Part shown: in pieces, positions 8,103 to 17,138 of the stretch
How positions within the stretch are numbered: the first letter of the stretch is position 1
Layout: every line of letters starts with the position of its first letter
Source of the DNA: an uncultured Desulfospira sp.
GTDB taxonomy: Bacteria; Desulfobacterota; Desulfobacteria; Desulfobacterales; Desulfobacteraceae
Direction: 5' to 3'
Length of the DNA: 64,000 bases
Assembly (NCBI GenBank): GCA_963663165.1
Contig: OY760175.1
Coordinates: 2,240,001-2,304,000 of the forward strand
Notes under the pieces: model-generated
Told to the model about the DNA's origin: nothing
The model's database searches: none
Seen by the model: the letters and a program-made list of their open reading frames with translations, nothing else
Translations under genes and position numbers: made by a program

Positions 8103-8209
8103 AGGCTGAAGGGATTTAGGCTGAAGGCTGTTAGGGTTGCCAATTCCGTGTCCCCCATGGCCTCGTGCTAAAATACCTTCAGTTTTCAGCCTTCAGCCTA
8201 ACCCCCTAA
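8103..8209. repeat. Inverted heptamer array (GGCTGAA / TTCAGCC)
   Basis: AGGCTGAAGG units left and CCTTCAGCCT units right of a spacer; same family at 10062, 12234, 18087, 55075. Confidence 0.75.
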
Positions 8210-9715
8210 TTAAAAAAACATAGCATGATTAGACGAAAAAAAAGCCGGGTTTTTCCTGAATTTTGACCCGATGGCCAGTTCCTTTTTAAATTTTTTATCC
8301 AGAAACTGTTTTACCTTTCGCCTGTCCCACCCCTTGGGATGGGTAAAGTTAAGGTAAAGGGACAGATCCCCATGGTAAAATTCCTGAGTTTTAAGATGAT
8401 CGGTTTCAGGGCTGAATTTGGGCAGGTTGAATACGGCCAGGTTCAGGTAGTCCATGCTTTCCTTGTGGGCTTTGACAAATTCCAGGGTCCGGTGGGCCGC
8501 GGCCTCATCTTCAAATTCCGTACCGAACAGCAGGTAGACAAAGGTCAGAATGCCGGCCTGGTGAAGGTTTTTCAACGTTGTTGAAGCGGTGTCGAGGTGG
8601 GTGCCTTTGTCCATCTGGTCCAGAACATCCTGGTCCCCGGATTCAAGCCCGAGTTTGAGCATGCTGCACCCGCTTTGTTTAAGCTTCCGGCAGAATTCAA
8701 GATCCAGAAAATCTTTTTCAAACCGGACAAACCCGTACCATTTAAAATCAAATTTTCGTTCCGACAGGGCGTGAAGAAAGGCCGGGGTCACGGAATTGTC
8801 AATAAAGTGGACCACGTCAGGCTCAAATGCCCTGGCCATGGTATCCACGTCCTCAAGGACCATGGCGGCCCGCCGGGCCGCATAGGGACGGATTTCGGCC
8901 CGTTCCGGACAAAATTTGCATTTGGACCAGTAACAGCCAATGGAGGCCCTGAAAGGCAGGATCTTTCCCGGTGCCAGATACGAATGGTTTTCAGCAAACC
9001 CATAATCGGGCACATAATGTTGTTTAGGGGTGTCCTTTACCCCGAGAAGTTCGAGCAGCGGCACCTCGCCTTCTCCCCGGACCATGACATCCACCAGCCC
9101 TGAAAACGGGTTGTTGAATCCGGGCCTGGCCATCCAGGAGGAAATCAGCCCCCCGCCCATGACCAGTTTGACCCCCTTAAAATTATCCTTTACCCATCCG
9201 GCCAGGGCAAAGGAGACCAGGGCCTGGTTCAGGTAACAAAGGGAAATCCCCACCCAGGCAGGATGGCACTCCTGAATCATTGGCCGGATTTTTTCCTCAA
9301 AAAACGGATAAAACGGATTTTCCTTGTACTGGTCAGCGCTTTTTAACAAATCACGGCTTGACACCGAAGACAGGCGGTTATCCGAGTAATCGCTTAAGGT
9401 AATCCTGAACCGGGCCTGGTCCACGGATATGGACAACAGCCGGTTCAAGTCGTAGACCCGCTGGTGATACCGGTCTTCATTGGTATACAGGGCGGGGTCC
9501 CTCAGGTCCCTTAAAATAACATCCCGGTGCTTAAGTGCCCTGGCAGACCAGGAATCCTGTGCCGTTGACACCGAGTTGATCAGGTACAGCTGCCCTTCAA
9601 TATTGGCGTCCATCACCCGGCAGTCAAGGCCGTGTTCCTTTAAGGCGGCGGACAGCAGCGCCACCCCGGCAGGGGGTTCACAGGGTTTGGCCACCGGTGG
9701 AAAAATTAACAGCAT
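8210..9715 (-). CDS. Radical SAM protein with B12-binding-like N-terminal domain
   Basis: GCYWSKCKFC (CxxxCxxC), LIFPP..PPAG.ALL, GLESG. Confidence 0.9.
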   Translation of the reverse strand: MLLIFPPVAKPCEPPAGVALLSAALKEHGLDCRVMDANIEGQLYLINSVSTAQDSWSARALKHRDVILRDLRDPALYTNEDRYHQRVYDLNRLLSISVDQARFRITLSDYSDNRLSSVSSRDLLKSADQYKENPFYPFFEEKIRPMIQECHPAWVGISLCYLNQALVSFALAGWVKDNFKGVKLVMGGGLISSWMARPGFNNPFSGLVDVMVRGEGEVPLLELLGVKDTPKQHYVPDYGFAENHSYLAPGKILPFRASIGCYWSKCKFCPERAEIRPYAARRAAMVLEDVDTMARAFEPDVVHFIDNSVTPAFLHALSERKFDFKWYGFVRFEKDFLDLEFCRKLKQSGCSMLKLGLESGDQDVLDQMDKGTHLDTASTTLKNLHQAGILTFVYLLFGTEFEDEAAAHRTLEFVKAHKESMDYLNLAVFNLPKFSPETDHLKTQEFYHGDLSLYLNFTHPKGWDRRKVKQFLDKKFKKELAIGSKFRKNPAFFSSNHAMFF

Positions 9716-9823
9716 ATCATCGATTATCCTTTAAAAATCCCCTCTTTTACCACAGGTTACCATTTAATCCATGGAAATAATAAAAAAAAATCATGCCTGT
9801 TTCTTCTCACAGAAACATTTGTC

Positions 9824-9852
9824 TTGACAATTGCTTTCGGGTTGGGTAATTT
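9824..9852 (+). promoter_or_regulatory. Putative sigma70 promoter of the trp operon
   Basis: TTGACA(9824-9829)-17 nt-TAATTT(9847-9852). Confidence 0.65.
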
Positions 9853-9876
9853 GCCCAAAAAGTTTGATCCATTAAA

Positions 9877-9969
9877 ATGAATAAAAAAATGACCGATATT
9901 AACTGTCTTTTCAAATCCGTTTTACCCTTCCGGCACGTCTGGTGTTGGCCTCTGCTGCTGCGGGAATGA
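9877..9969 (+). CDS. trpL: trp leader peptide (30 aa, MNKKMTDINCLFKSVLPFRHVWCWPLLLRE; alternative start 9889)
   Basis: Short ORF with TGG-TGT-TGG between the promoter and the terminator upstream of trpE; too short for the ORF track. Confidence 0.75.
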   Translation: MNKKMTDINCLFKSVLPFRHVWCWPLLLRE

Positions 9970-10030
9970 GTGCGTTCATCACTGCGGCAGCCGAATTCAA
10001 GGTCCTGTTGGCAGTCCATAAAAAAAATCA

Positions 10031-10060
10031 AAAAGGCTGCAACCATTGCAGCCTTTTTTT
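10031..10060 (+). terminator. trp attenuator terminator
   Basis: AAAAGGCTGCAA-cca-TTGCAGCCTTTTTTT; GCAGCC at 9987-9992 can form an antiterminator with GGCTGC. Confidence 0.85.
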
Positions 10061-10144
10061 ATGAAGGCCTGAAAGAGGATCAGCTAAAGGTTACTGAATG
10101 AAAAACCTTCAGCCTAACTCCCTTCAGTCTATACCCCTTACAAG

Positions 10145-11656
10145 GTGATCCCCATGATTTTAGAACAATTTCCAGATAAAGACCAATTCAAGAAACTTTC
10201 CCGGACCTGCAATGTCATTCCGGTCTGCACAAGGGTCCTGGCAGACACGGACACACCGGTGTCCATTCTTCAAAAAACCAGAAACCAGGCCACGGAAAGC
10301 TTTTTGCTTGAAAGTGTGGAAGGCGGTGAGCGGTGGGCACGGTACAGTTTCCTTGGCCTGTCCGCCTTTGGCACCATCAAGGTGTTTAAAGAGCAGGTTG
10401 AAGTGGCGACCCGAAACCCTCAAAGCCCGGACGGGCACGAAGAGATCAAGACCATCCCCCACCACAATGACCCCTTGAATGTGATCCGGACCCTGATCAA
10501 GGCCTATACCCCGGCCGGAATCAAGGACCTGCCCAGGTTCTGGAGCGGCATTACCGGGTATATGGCTTATGAGATGGTTTCGTTTTTTGAAAACATTCCC
10601 GTTTCCCTGCCCGATGATACCCCCTATGCCCGGTTCATCATCCCGGAGCGGATGATTATCTTTGACAACATCCAGCAGACCATGACCTTAATGAAAATTT
10701 GCTACCTTAGCCCGGATTCGGACCCGGATATGGAATTTGAAAACGCCGGTAAAAATTTAGACCGGCTGCTCAAAGAGCTTGAACAGCCCCTGCCCCCCCG
10801 GCCCCGGAAGACCGGAAACCCGGTAGAGCTGACGCCGGAGACCCAGCCGGATGTTTACATGAAAAATGTGGAAACCATCAAACACCATATAAAGGAGGGG
10901 GATATTTTCCAGGCCGTCTACTCCCAGCCCTTTTCCTGTGAAACCCAGGTGGACCCGGTACAGATATACCGGGCCCAGCGGTACATCAACCCGTCCCCCT
11001 ATATGTTTTTCATGGATTTTAAAGACATGGTCATTGCCGGCTCCTCTCCTGAGACCATGGTCCGGCTCGAAAACGGCACCGCCGTTCTAAGGCCCATTGC
11101 CGGAACAAGGCCCAGGGGAAAAACCGAACAGGAGGACAGAAAACTCGCCGACGAGCTGCTTAACGATGAAAAGGAACGGGCCGAACACGTCATGCTCATT
11201 GACCTTGGCCGGAACGACATGGGGCGGGTGGCCGAAGGGGGCACCGTCCAGGTCACGGACACCATGGTGATTGAGCGGTACTCCCATGTCATGCACCTGG
11301 TCTCCAATATTGTCTGTGATCTAAAACCCGAATATGACGCCTTTGATCTGTTCAGGGCCACCTTCCCGGCCGGGACCCTGTCAGGCGCTCCCAAAATCCG
11401 GGCCATGGAAATTATAGCCCGGATGGAAAACCGGTCCAGAAACGTGTACGGCGGGGCAGCCGGATATATTTCCTTTACAGGAAATATGGATTTTGCGATA
11501 ACCATAAGGACGGCCGTCATGGAAAAAGGCAGGCTGACCGTCCAGTCGGGCGGCGGTATCGTATACGACTCTGATCCCAGAACCGAGCTTGCGGAATGCC
11601 AAAACAAGGCCAAAAGCGTTGAAACTGCCCTGAAACTGGCTTCTTCCCATTCTTAA
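10145..11656 (+). CDS. trpE: Anthranilate synthase component I
   Basis: FLLESVEGGE, NPSPYM, GSSPE, PIAGT, KERAEH, FPAGTLSGAPK; start may be the ATG at 10154. Confidence 0.97.
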   Translation: MIPMILEQFPDKDQFKKLSRTCNVIPVCTRVLADTDTPVSILQKTRNQATESFLLESVEGGERWARYSFLGLSAFGTIKVFKEQVEVATRNPQSPDGHEEIKTIPHHNDPLNVIRTLIKAYTPAGIKDLPRFWSGITGYMAYEMVSFFENIPVSLPDDTPYARFIIPERMIIFDNIQQTMTLMKICYLSPDSDPDMEFENAGKNLDRLLKELEQPLPPRPRKTGNPVELTPETQPDVYMKNVETIKHHIKEGDIFQAVYSQPFSCETQVDPVQIYRAQRYINPSPYMFFMDFKDMVIAGSSPETMVRLENGTAVLRPIAGTRPRGKTEQEDRKLADELLNDEKERAEHVMLIDLGRNDMGRVAEGGTVQVTDTMVIERYSHVMHLVSNIVCDLKPEYDAFDLFRATFPAGTLSGAPKIRAMEIIARMENRSRNVYGGAAGYISFTGNMDFAITIRTAVMEKGRLTVQSGGGIVYDSDPRTELAECQNKAKSVETALKLASSHS

Positions 11657-11667
11657 AGGAGAGACCC

Positions 11668-12237
11668 ATGAAAGTTGCCGTTATTGACAATTATGATTCA
11701 TTTACATTTAACCTGGTCCATTATATTCTCCATGCAGGGGCAGAAGTGGCGGTTTTCAGAAACGATCAGATCAGTGTACCGGATATGGAAACCCTGTCCC
11801 CGGGGGCCATTGTTATTTCCCCGGGGCCGGGACGGCCTGAAGATGCCGGCGTGTCCATGGAACTGATTCAGGCCTTTTCAGGAAAAATTCCCATCTTAGG
11901 CGTCTGCTTGGGCCACCAGGCCATTGCCCAGAGCTTTGGGGGAACCGTTGTTCATGCCAAACAGATCATGCACGGAAAAACCTCCACGGTCACGGCAGAC
12001 GGAAAATATATTTATGAAGGGCTGACCAAACCCTTCCAGGTCATGCGGTACCATTCCCTGGCCGTTCAGGAATCAGATCTTCCCGACTGCCTGACGGTGA
12101 CCGCCCGGACCGAAGATGGAGAGATCATGGGTATCCGGCACAAAGAACACCCCACCCAGGGGGTCCAGTTCCATCCGGAATCCTTCATGACCACGGTGGG
12201 GAAACGGCTCATCAGAAATTTTATTAAAGGGATTTAG
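11668..12237 (+). CDS. trpG: Anthranilate synthase component II (glutamine amidotransferase)
   Basis: IDNYDSFTFN, SPGPG, GVCLGHQ, RYHSL, QFHPES. Confidence 0.97.
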   Translation: MKVAVIDNYDSFTFNLVHYILHAGAEVAVFRNDQISVPDMETLSPGAIVISPGPGRPEDAGVSMELIQAFSGKIPILGVCLGHQAIAQSFGGTVVHAKQIMHGKTSTVTADGKYIYEGLTKPFQVMRYHSLAVQESDLPDCLTVTARTEDGEIMGIRHKEHPTQGVQFHPESFMTTVGKRLIRNFIKGI

Positions 12238-12386
12238 ACTGAAGGAAGTTAGGCTGAAGGGAAGATGATATACAGCAACCTTTCATATGGACTGTCTTTG
12301 GCCTTTCCCCTGCTATTCCGGTTAATGTCGCTGAAACTTTGAAAGGTTGCAACCTAACAGTCTTCAGCCTATCCACCTTCAGGCTA
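12234..12386. repeat. Inverted heptamer array between trpG and trpD
   Basis: TTAGACTGAAGG/TTAGGCTGAAGG ... CTTCAGCCTA/CCTTCAGGCTA. Confidence 0.65.
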
Positions 12387-12405
12387 TAATTACAAGGAGT
12401 GTAAC

Positions 12406-13425
12406 ATGACCTTTACCGAAAACTTGAACACCATCATCCGGAGAAAAGACTTAAGTGAGGAAGCCGCCTCTTCCATGCTCATGGACATCTTTTCAGGAAA
12501 GATCACCGAATCCCAGATCGGGGCCTTTATGGCGGCCCTGGCCACCAAGGGGGAAACCTTTGAGGAACTGGCCGGCGCGGCCCGGGCCATGCGGCGAAAA
12601 GCCGTCAAAATCCAGGCCCTGGCCAAAAAAGTCATTGACACCTGCGGCACGGGCGGCGATGCATCCGGTTCATTTAATATTTCCACCACCACGGCCTTTG
12701 TGGTGGCCGGTGCCGGTATTACCGTGGCCAAGCACGGGAACCGGTCCATCTCCAGCCAATGCGGCAGCGCCGATGTGCTGGAAGCATTGGGCGTCAATTT
12801 GAACCTCAATCCTGAAATCGTGGAAGAGGCGGTCAATGAAATCGGTATCGGGTTTATGTTTGCCCCCCTTTACCACGGGTCCATGAAATATGCGGGAAAG
12901 GCCAGAAAAGAATGCGGCATCCGCAGCATTTTCAACATGCTGGGCCCCTTGACCAATCCGGCGGCAGCCTCCTGCCAGCTGTTGGGGGTCTATGCCCCGG
13001 AACTGACCGAAATGTTTGCAAGGGCCTTAAAACTGCTGGGGGTGGAGCGGGCCTTTGTGGTCCACGGCCACGACGGCATGGATGAAATCACCACCACGGG
13101 CCTGACAAGGGTCACCGAACTCAATGACGGGGACATTAAATCCTATGACCTGGACCCCCTGGCCTATTTTGACGAATATGCCGACCCTGAAGATATCAAG
13201 GGCGGGGATGTCAGAACCAATGCGACCATCACCCTGGGCCTTTTGAGAGGGGAACGGGGCCCGAAACGGGACATCGTCCTGATCAACTCAGGCTGTGCCC
13301 TTGTGGCGGCCGGTGCGGCACAGGACATCGCCCAAGGCATCAACCTTGCCAAAGAGTCCATTGACTCCGGCTATGCCTTAGACAAACTCGAGCACCTGGC
13401 CCGGTTCACACGGGAGAATGGATAA
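12406..13425 (+). CDS. trpD: Anthranilate phosphoribosyltransferase
   Basis: DTCGTGGD, FNIST, KHGNRS, GSADVLE, FN.LGPLTNP, GMDEI. Confidence 0.97.
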   Translation: MTFTENLNTIIRRKDLSEEAASSMLMDIFSGKITESQIGAFMAALATKGETFEELAGAARAMRRKAVKIQALAKKVIDTCGTGGDASGSFNISTTTAFVVAGAGITVAKHGNRSISSQCGSADVLEALGVNLNLNPEIVEEAVNEIGIGFMFAPLYHGSMKYAGKARKECGIRSIFNMLGPLTNPAAASCQLLGVYAPELTEMFARALKLLGVERAFVVHGHDGMDEITTTGLTRVTELNDGDIKSYDLDPLAYFDEYADPEDIKGGDVRTNATITLGLLRGERGPKRDIVLINSGCALVAAGAAQDIAQGINLAKESIDSGYALDKLEHLARFTRENG

Positions 13426-14221
13426 CATGGGCGTATCCGGTTTTTTAAAAACCATTCTGGAAATCAAACAAGAGGAAGTGGCCCAAAGGAAATCGGCCAT
13501 TCCCCCGGCATCCATGCGCCGGGAAGCGGAAGAGGCAAAGGTTCCGGCAGATTTTGAAAAGGCCCTGGCAGGGTCTGAGCCCCGGAACCCCGGCATTATT
13601 GCGGAAATCAAAAAAGCATCTCCCTCCAAGGGGGATATCCGAACCGACCTGGACCCTGAAGCCTATGCCAGGCAATATACCCGGGCCGGGGCCAGGGCCA
13701 TTTCCGTTCTCACTGAATCCCGGTATTTTAAAGGAAGCCTGAAGGACCTTGAAACCGTATGCCGGACCACTGATCTGCCGGTTTTAAGAAAAGATTTCAT
13801 CATTTCATCCTACCAGATATTTGAAGCCAAACGGGCCGGGGCCTCATCCGTACTTCTCATCACCACCCTGCTCTCCCGGGACCAGCAAAAAGATTTTACC
13901 GGGCTTGTCCGGGAGCTGGGTATGGAGCCTTTGGTAGAGATCACCTCGGAATACGAACTGGACCAGGCCCTGTTCTGCGGTGCAAAGGTCATGGACATCA
14001 ACAACCGGAACCTGACCACCCTTGAGGTGGACCCCACGGCCGCCAAACGGATCAGTGCTTTTCTGCCCAAAGAGATCATTCAGGTGGAGGCCTCCAGCAT
14101 TTCAGGCCGGGAGGCTATTGAGAAAGGCATCCAGGCCGGCATTTATAATTTCCTGGTAGGCGAAAGCATTGTCAGGGCAGATGATCCGGTGAAGTTCATC
14201 CGCTCCCTGAGAGGGCATTAA
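13418..14221 (+). CDS. trpC: Indole-3-glycerol phosphate synthase
   Basis: IIAEIKKASPSKG, SVLTE..YF.GS, LRKDFI, LVE, INNRNL, LVGES. Confidence 0.95.
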   Translation: MDNMGVSGFLKTILEIKQEEVAQRKSAIPPASMRREAEEAKVPADFEKALAGSEPRNPGIIAEIKKASPSKGDIRTDLDPEAYARQYTRAGARAISVLTESRYFKGSLKDLETVCRTTDLPVLRKDFIISSYQIFEAKRAGASSVLLITTLLSRDQQKDFTGLVRELGMEPLVEITSEYELDQALFCGAKVMDINNRNLTTLEVDPTAAKRISAFLPKEIIQVEASSISGREAIEKGIQAGIYNFLVGESIVRADDPVKFIRSLRGH

Positions 14222-14243
14222 AGAGGAAGAGACCCCTTAAGCC

Positions 14244-14891
14244 ATGTATCCGGATCATCCCCCTTTTATCAAGGTCTGCGGCCTGACCGAACCGAAAAAC
14301 GCCCTTGAATGTACCCACGCCGGGGCCGATGCCATCGGCCTGGTTTTTTTTGAAAAATCCCCCCGGAACGTTTCCCTGGCCCAGGCCTGCGAGATCACCC
14401 GGGTGCTTCCCCAAAATGTTATCCCCTGGGGGGTTTTTGTGGACGCCCCCTTTGAACGGATCATGGAAATCCAAAAGGCCTGCGGATTAAAGGCCGTCCA
14501 GCTCCATGGAAACGAGCCCCCGGAACTGTTAGAAAAGCTGTCCAACCGAGGCCTGATGGTCATCAAAGCCCTGTTCAAGGCAAGGCAACCCTTTCTTACC
14601 GATGCCGACATCTACCCCCATGCCACCCATTTCCTCGTGGAATACGGCAAAGGCGCCCTGCCCGGCGGCAATGCCGAAACCTGGGATTATGCCCTGTTAA
14701 CGGGCATGGCCACCCCCAAACCCGTTATCCTGGCCGGCGGCCTCACCCCTGAAAACGTCATCCGGGCCGTGGCCCTTGCCAAACCCTGGGGCCTGGACAT
14801 TTCATCGGGCGTGGAAAAAAGCCCGGGAATCAAAGATATTCATAAAGTCCAGTCCTTTATCTCTAAAGCAAGGCAAGGCACTGGGACTTAA
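14244..14891 (+). CDS. trpF: Phosphoribosylanthranilate isomerase
   Basis: IKVCGLT, GLVF..KSPR, GVFV, QLHG.E, LAGGL.PENV, D.SSGVE. Confidence 0.96.
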   Translation: MYPDHPPFIKVCGLTEPKNALECTHAGADAIGLVFFEKSPRNVSLAQACEITRVLPQNVIPWGVFVDAPFERIMEIQKACGLKAVQLHGNEPPELLEKLSNRGLMVIKALFKARQPFLTDADIYPHATHFLVEYGKGALPGGNAETWDYALLTGMATPKPVILAGGLTPENVIRAVALAKPWGLDISSGVEKSPGIKDIHKVQSFISKARQGTGT

Positions 14892-14928
14892 CTTTATGAC
14901 AATGGTCCGTATAGTGAATCATCGAATA

Positions 14929-15002
14929 TCAGGGCGTCGGTGCATCCTTTTGCTATGTGAGAAAGCCTGAATGAGCGAAGATGAGACCGGCTGAACAGTT
15001 AC
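14929..15002 (-). mobile_element. MITE-like element, family 3 (one end degenerate)
   Basis: Reverse-complement homolog of 33712-33790 (GGTGCAT.CTTTTGCTATGTGAGAA..ATGAGCGAAGATG..CTGAACAGTTAC). Confidence 0.75.
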
Positions 15003-15097
15003 AAACGGCCACAGGCCGCCTTGGTTATCCAACCAAGCACCGCCCACAACAAATATTGAAAGTCTTCTCAGGACCTTAGTGAGACTTTCTTATAAAA
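15003..15097 (+). repeat. Family 1 three-hairpin dispersed repeat
   Basis: AAACGGCCACAGGCCGCCTTGGTTATCCAACCAAG...GAGACTTTCTTATAAAA. Confidence 0.9.
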
Positions 15098-15359
15098 TTA
15101 TTTTCATCTTATATCGTCATCGGTTAATCCATAAACCACGCTGTCTCGTCGAAAATCACGAAATAAAACCCGCGAATACGTACATTTTTTTCTCATAATA
15201 CCCTAATAATGCAAAGAATCCGCCTAAAGTTTTGAAAAACTTAAATTTTTTGTTGCCAACACAACATGGGCTTTGATATGAATTTATTCGTACAGTATGG
15301 CATTTGAGGAAGCGATCTTGACACGAATCAGCACTTGACATGGAGGTGAAATATACTTT

Positions 15360-16778
15360 ATGGCGGGCCGGACAGAATTCTCAATTGCTCAGTTGATAGC
15401 GATCGTGAAAAGCGGTGGAAAGGTCAAAACCGGGGTAGATGTGTTCAATTCCAGCGGAACACTCCTTCTGGATAAAGATGTGCTGGTGGATAAGGTCAGG
15501 GTTCTGGAGATCATTCAGGAAAACGGAATAGAGTCGGTTGTGGTGGAGGGGGGGGGATTATGGGACGAGAACAACAACCCCATCAATGACGTTGAAGCCC
15601 CCGGGGAAAACGGCACTTGTGCCACTGAAGAAAAAGAGAAGACAGCCCCGATTCATTTGGGAACCATTCCCCAGTCAATTGAGCAGCGCCTGGTTGAAAT
15701 AGAACAGATAAAGGCCCAGGCCAGGGAAAAATACAAAAATACCAAAGGGTGTATTACCAAGGTCTTAGGCCAGATTAAGGAAACTGGCGGCGAGTTTGAT
15801 TACAATGCGGTTGAAACCCATGTGGCGGACATGGTGAACTTTCTTGGCAAGGATGAAAATCCGTTTTCTTACCTGACCCAGGAGCTGTTTTCCTATGATG
15901 ATTATCTTTACAGCCACTCCATCAATGTCATGACCATCGGCACCACCATGCTCAAGCGGTTCAACACCCATTTTTCAAATCATGTGGATCACCTGATTAA
16001 GGGAAACACCCAAAACATACACGATCCCTTCAAAAAAGATAACATGAGCGAAAAACCGTCTTTTACCTGTTACTACAAGGAAGATATTCAGGACATTTCC
16101 CTGGGGTTTTTCCTCCATGATATCGGCAAAGTCATGGTGGACGATAAGGTGCTGAACAAGGAAGGGAAGTTAACCGACCAGGAGTTTGCCGAGGTCAGGC
16201 ACCATTCATTCGAATACGGGGTAAAGCTTCTGGAAAAAAACCGGATTAAAAATGCCTATGTCCGCAACATCGTCAAGTACCATCATGCGCCCATTATTGA
16301 AGGCGAGGAGCGCTGCTACCCAACAGAAAGGCCTTTCACTGAGGTCCCGCTGTATACCAAAGTCTGCAAATTAGCCGATATTTATGATGCCATGACATCA
16401 AAACGGTGTTATAAGGACGCCGTCAATCCCATCAACGTGGTCACCAACATTTTCCGGACATATGCCAAAAAAGACGCCGTGCTTCAATTTCTGCTTCATT
16501 CTTTTGTCAAAAGCATCGGCATCTATCCGCCGGGCAGTATTGTGTACCTTAGAAACGGGCAGTTGGCCTATGTGCTTGAAAGCAAAGGCCCCATCGTTAT
16601 TCCATTTACAGACACCCATGGACAGACATTAAGGGGAGCGGTGGACCCCATTGATATCAACGCTCCGGATCTTGTGGATTCACAGCTCATCGACAACCGG
16701 AAAAGCGTTAAAAGCCCCAAGGATGTGTTTGACCTGCTGCCGGCCTTCTTAAGGAATGTTGAAAGCGCGGCCGCCTGA
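15360..16778 (+). CDS. HD-GYP-type metal-dependent phosphohydrolase
   Basis: YLYSHSINV, LHDIGK, YHH, CYP, LADIYDAMTSKRCYK, GIYPPGS; GGAGG RBS. Confidence 0.85.
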   Translation: MAGRTEFSIAQLIAIVKSGGKVKTGVDVFNSSGTLLLDKDVLVDKVRVLEIIQENGIESVVVEGGGLWDENNNPINDVEAPGENGTCATEEKEKTAPIHLGTIPQSIEQRLVEIEQIKAQAREKYKNTKGCITKVLGQIKETGGEFDYNAVETHVADMVNFLGKDENPFSYLTQELFSYDDYLYSHSINVMTIGTTMLKRFNTHFSNHVDHLIKGNTQNIHDPFKKDNMSEKPSFTCYYKEDIQDISLGFFLHDIGKVMVDDKVLNKEGKLTDQEFAEVRHHSFEYGVKLLEKNRIKNAYVRNIVKYHHAPIIEGEERCYPTERPFTEVPLYTKVCKLADIYDAMTSKRCYKDAVNPINVVTNIFRTYAKKDAVLQFLLHSFVKSIGIYPPGSIVYLRNGQLAYVLESKGPIVIPFTDTHGQTLRGAVDPIDINAPDLVDSQLIDNRKSVKSPKDVFDLLPAFLRNVESAAA

Positions 16779-17003
16779 TCTTCGGACCTTGTTTTGATGG
16801 TCACCACTGCCCATAGAATGCCGGGGCATTGGGCAGGCCATCCTCATCCCTAACACCGCCGCAATCATTTCATTACAGGCTGCCGCCCCTCTGATCGGGG
16901 CCTGATTCCCATGGTCCCTGTCTTGCGGGCCGGACCAAAATGTATGAACCCGACAGGAATGGTTGTTCGTTGGTGCCAACACGCCGGTGGCCCAAGCCGC
17001 CAA

Positions 17004-17130
17004 GTTCGGTAGGGTGGGCACGCTTTTTGTGCCCACCGGTTGCCGTTAGTCCGTTTTATTTGTCTTTTAGAAACAAAATGTTATACGGAAAATGGTGGGC
17101 AACGCTGCGCTTTTGCCCACCCTACCGAAC
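17004..17130. repeat. GTAG-type REP doublet (REPIN-like)
   Basis: 17-bp inverted repeat GTTCGGTAGGGTGGGCA ... TGCCCACCCTACCGAAC; each unit is itself a GGTGGGCA..TGCCCACC hairpin. Confidence 0.85.
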
Positions 17131-17138
17131 TGATCAAA

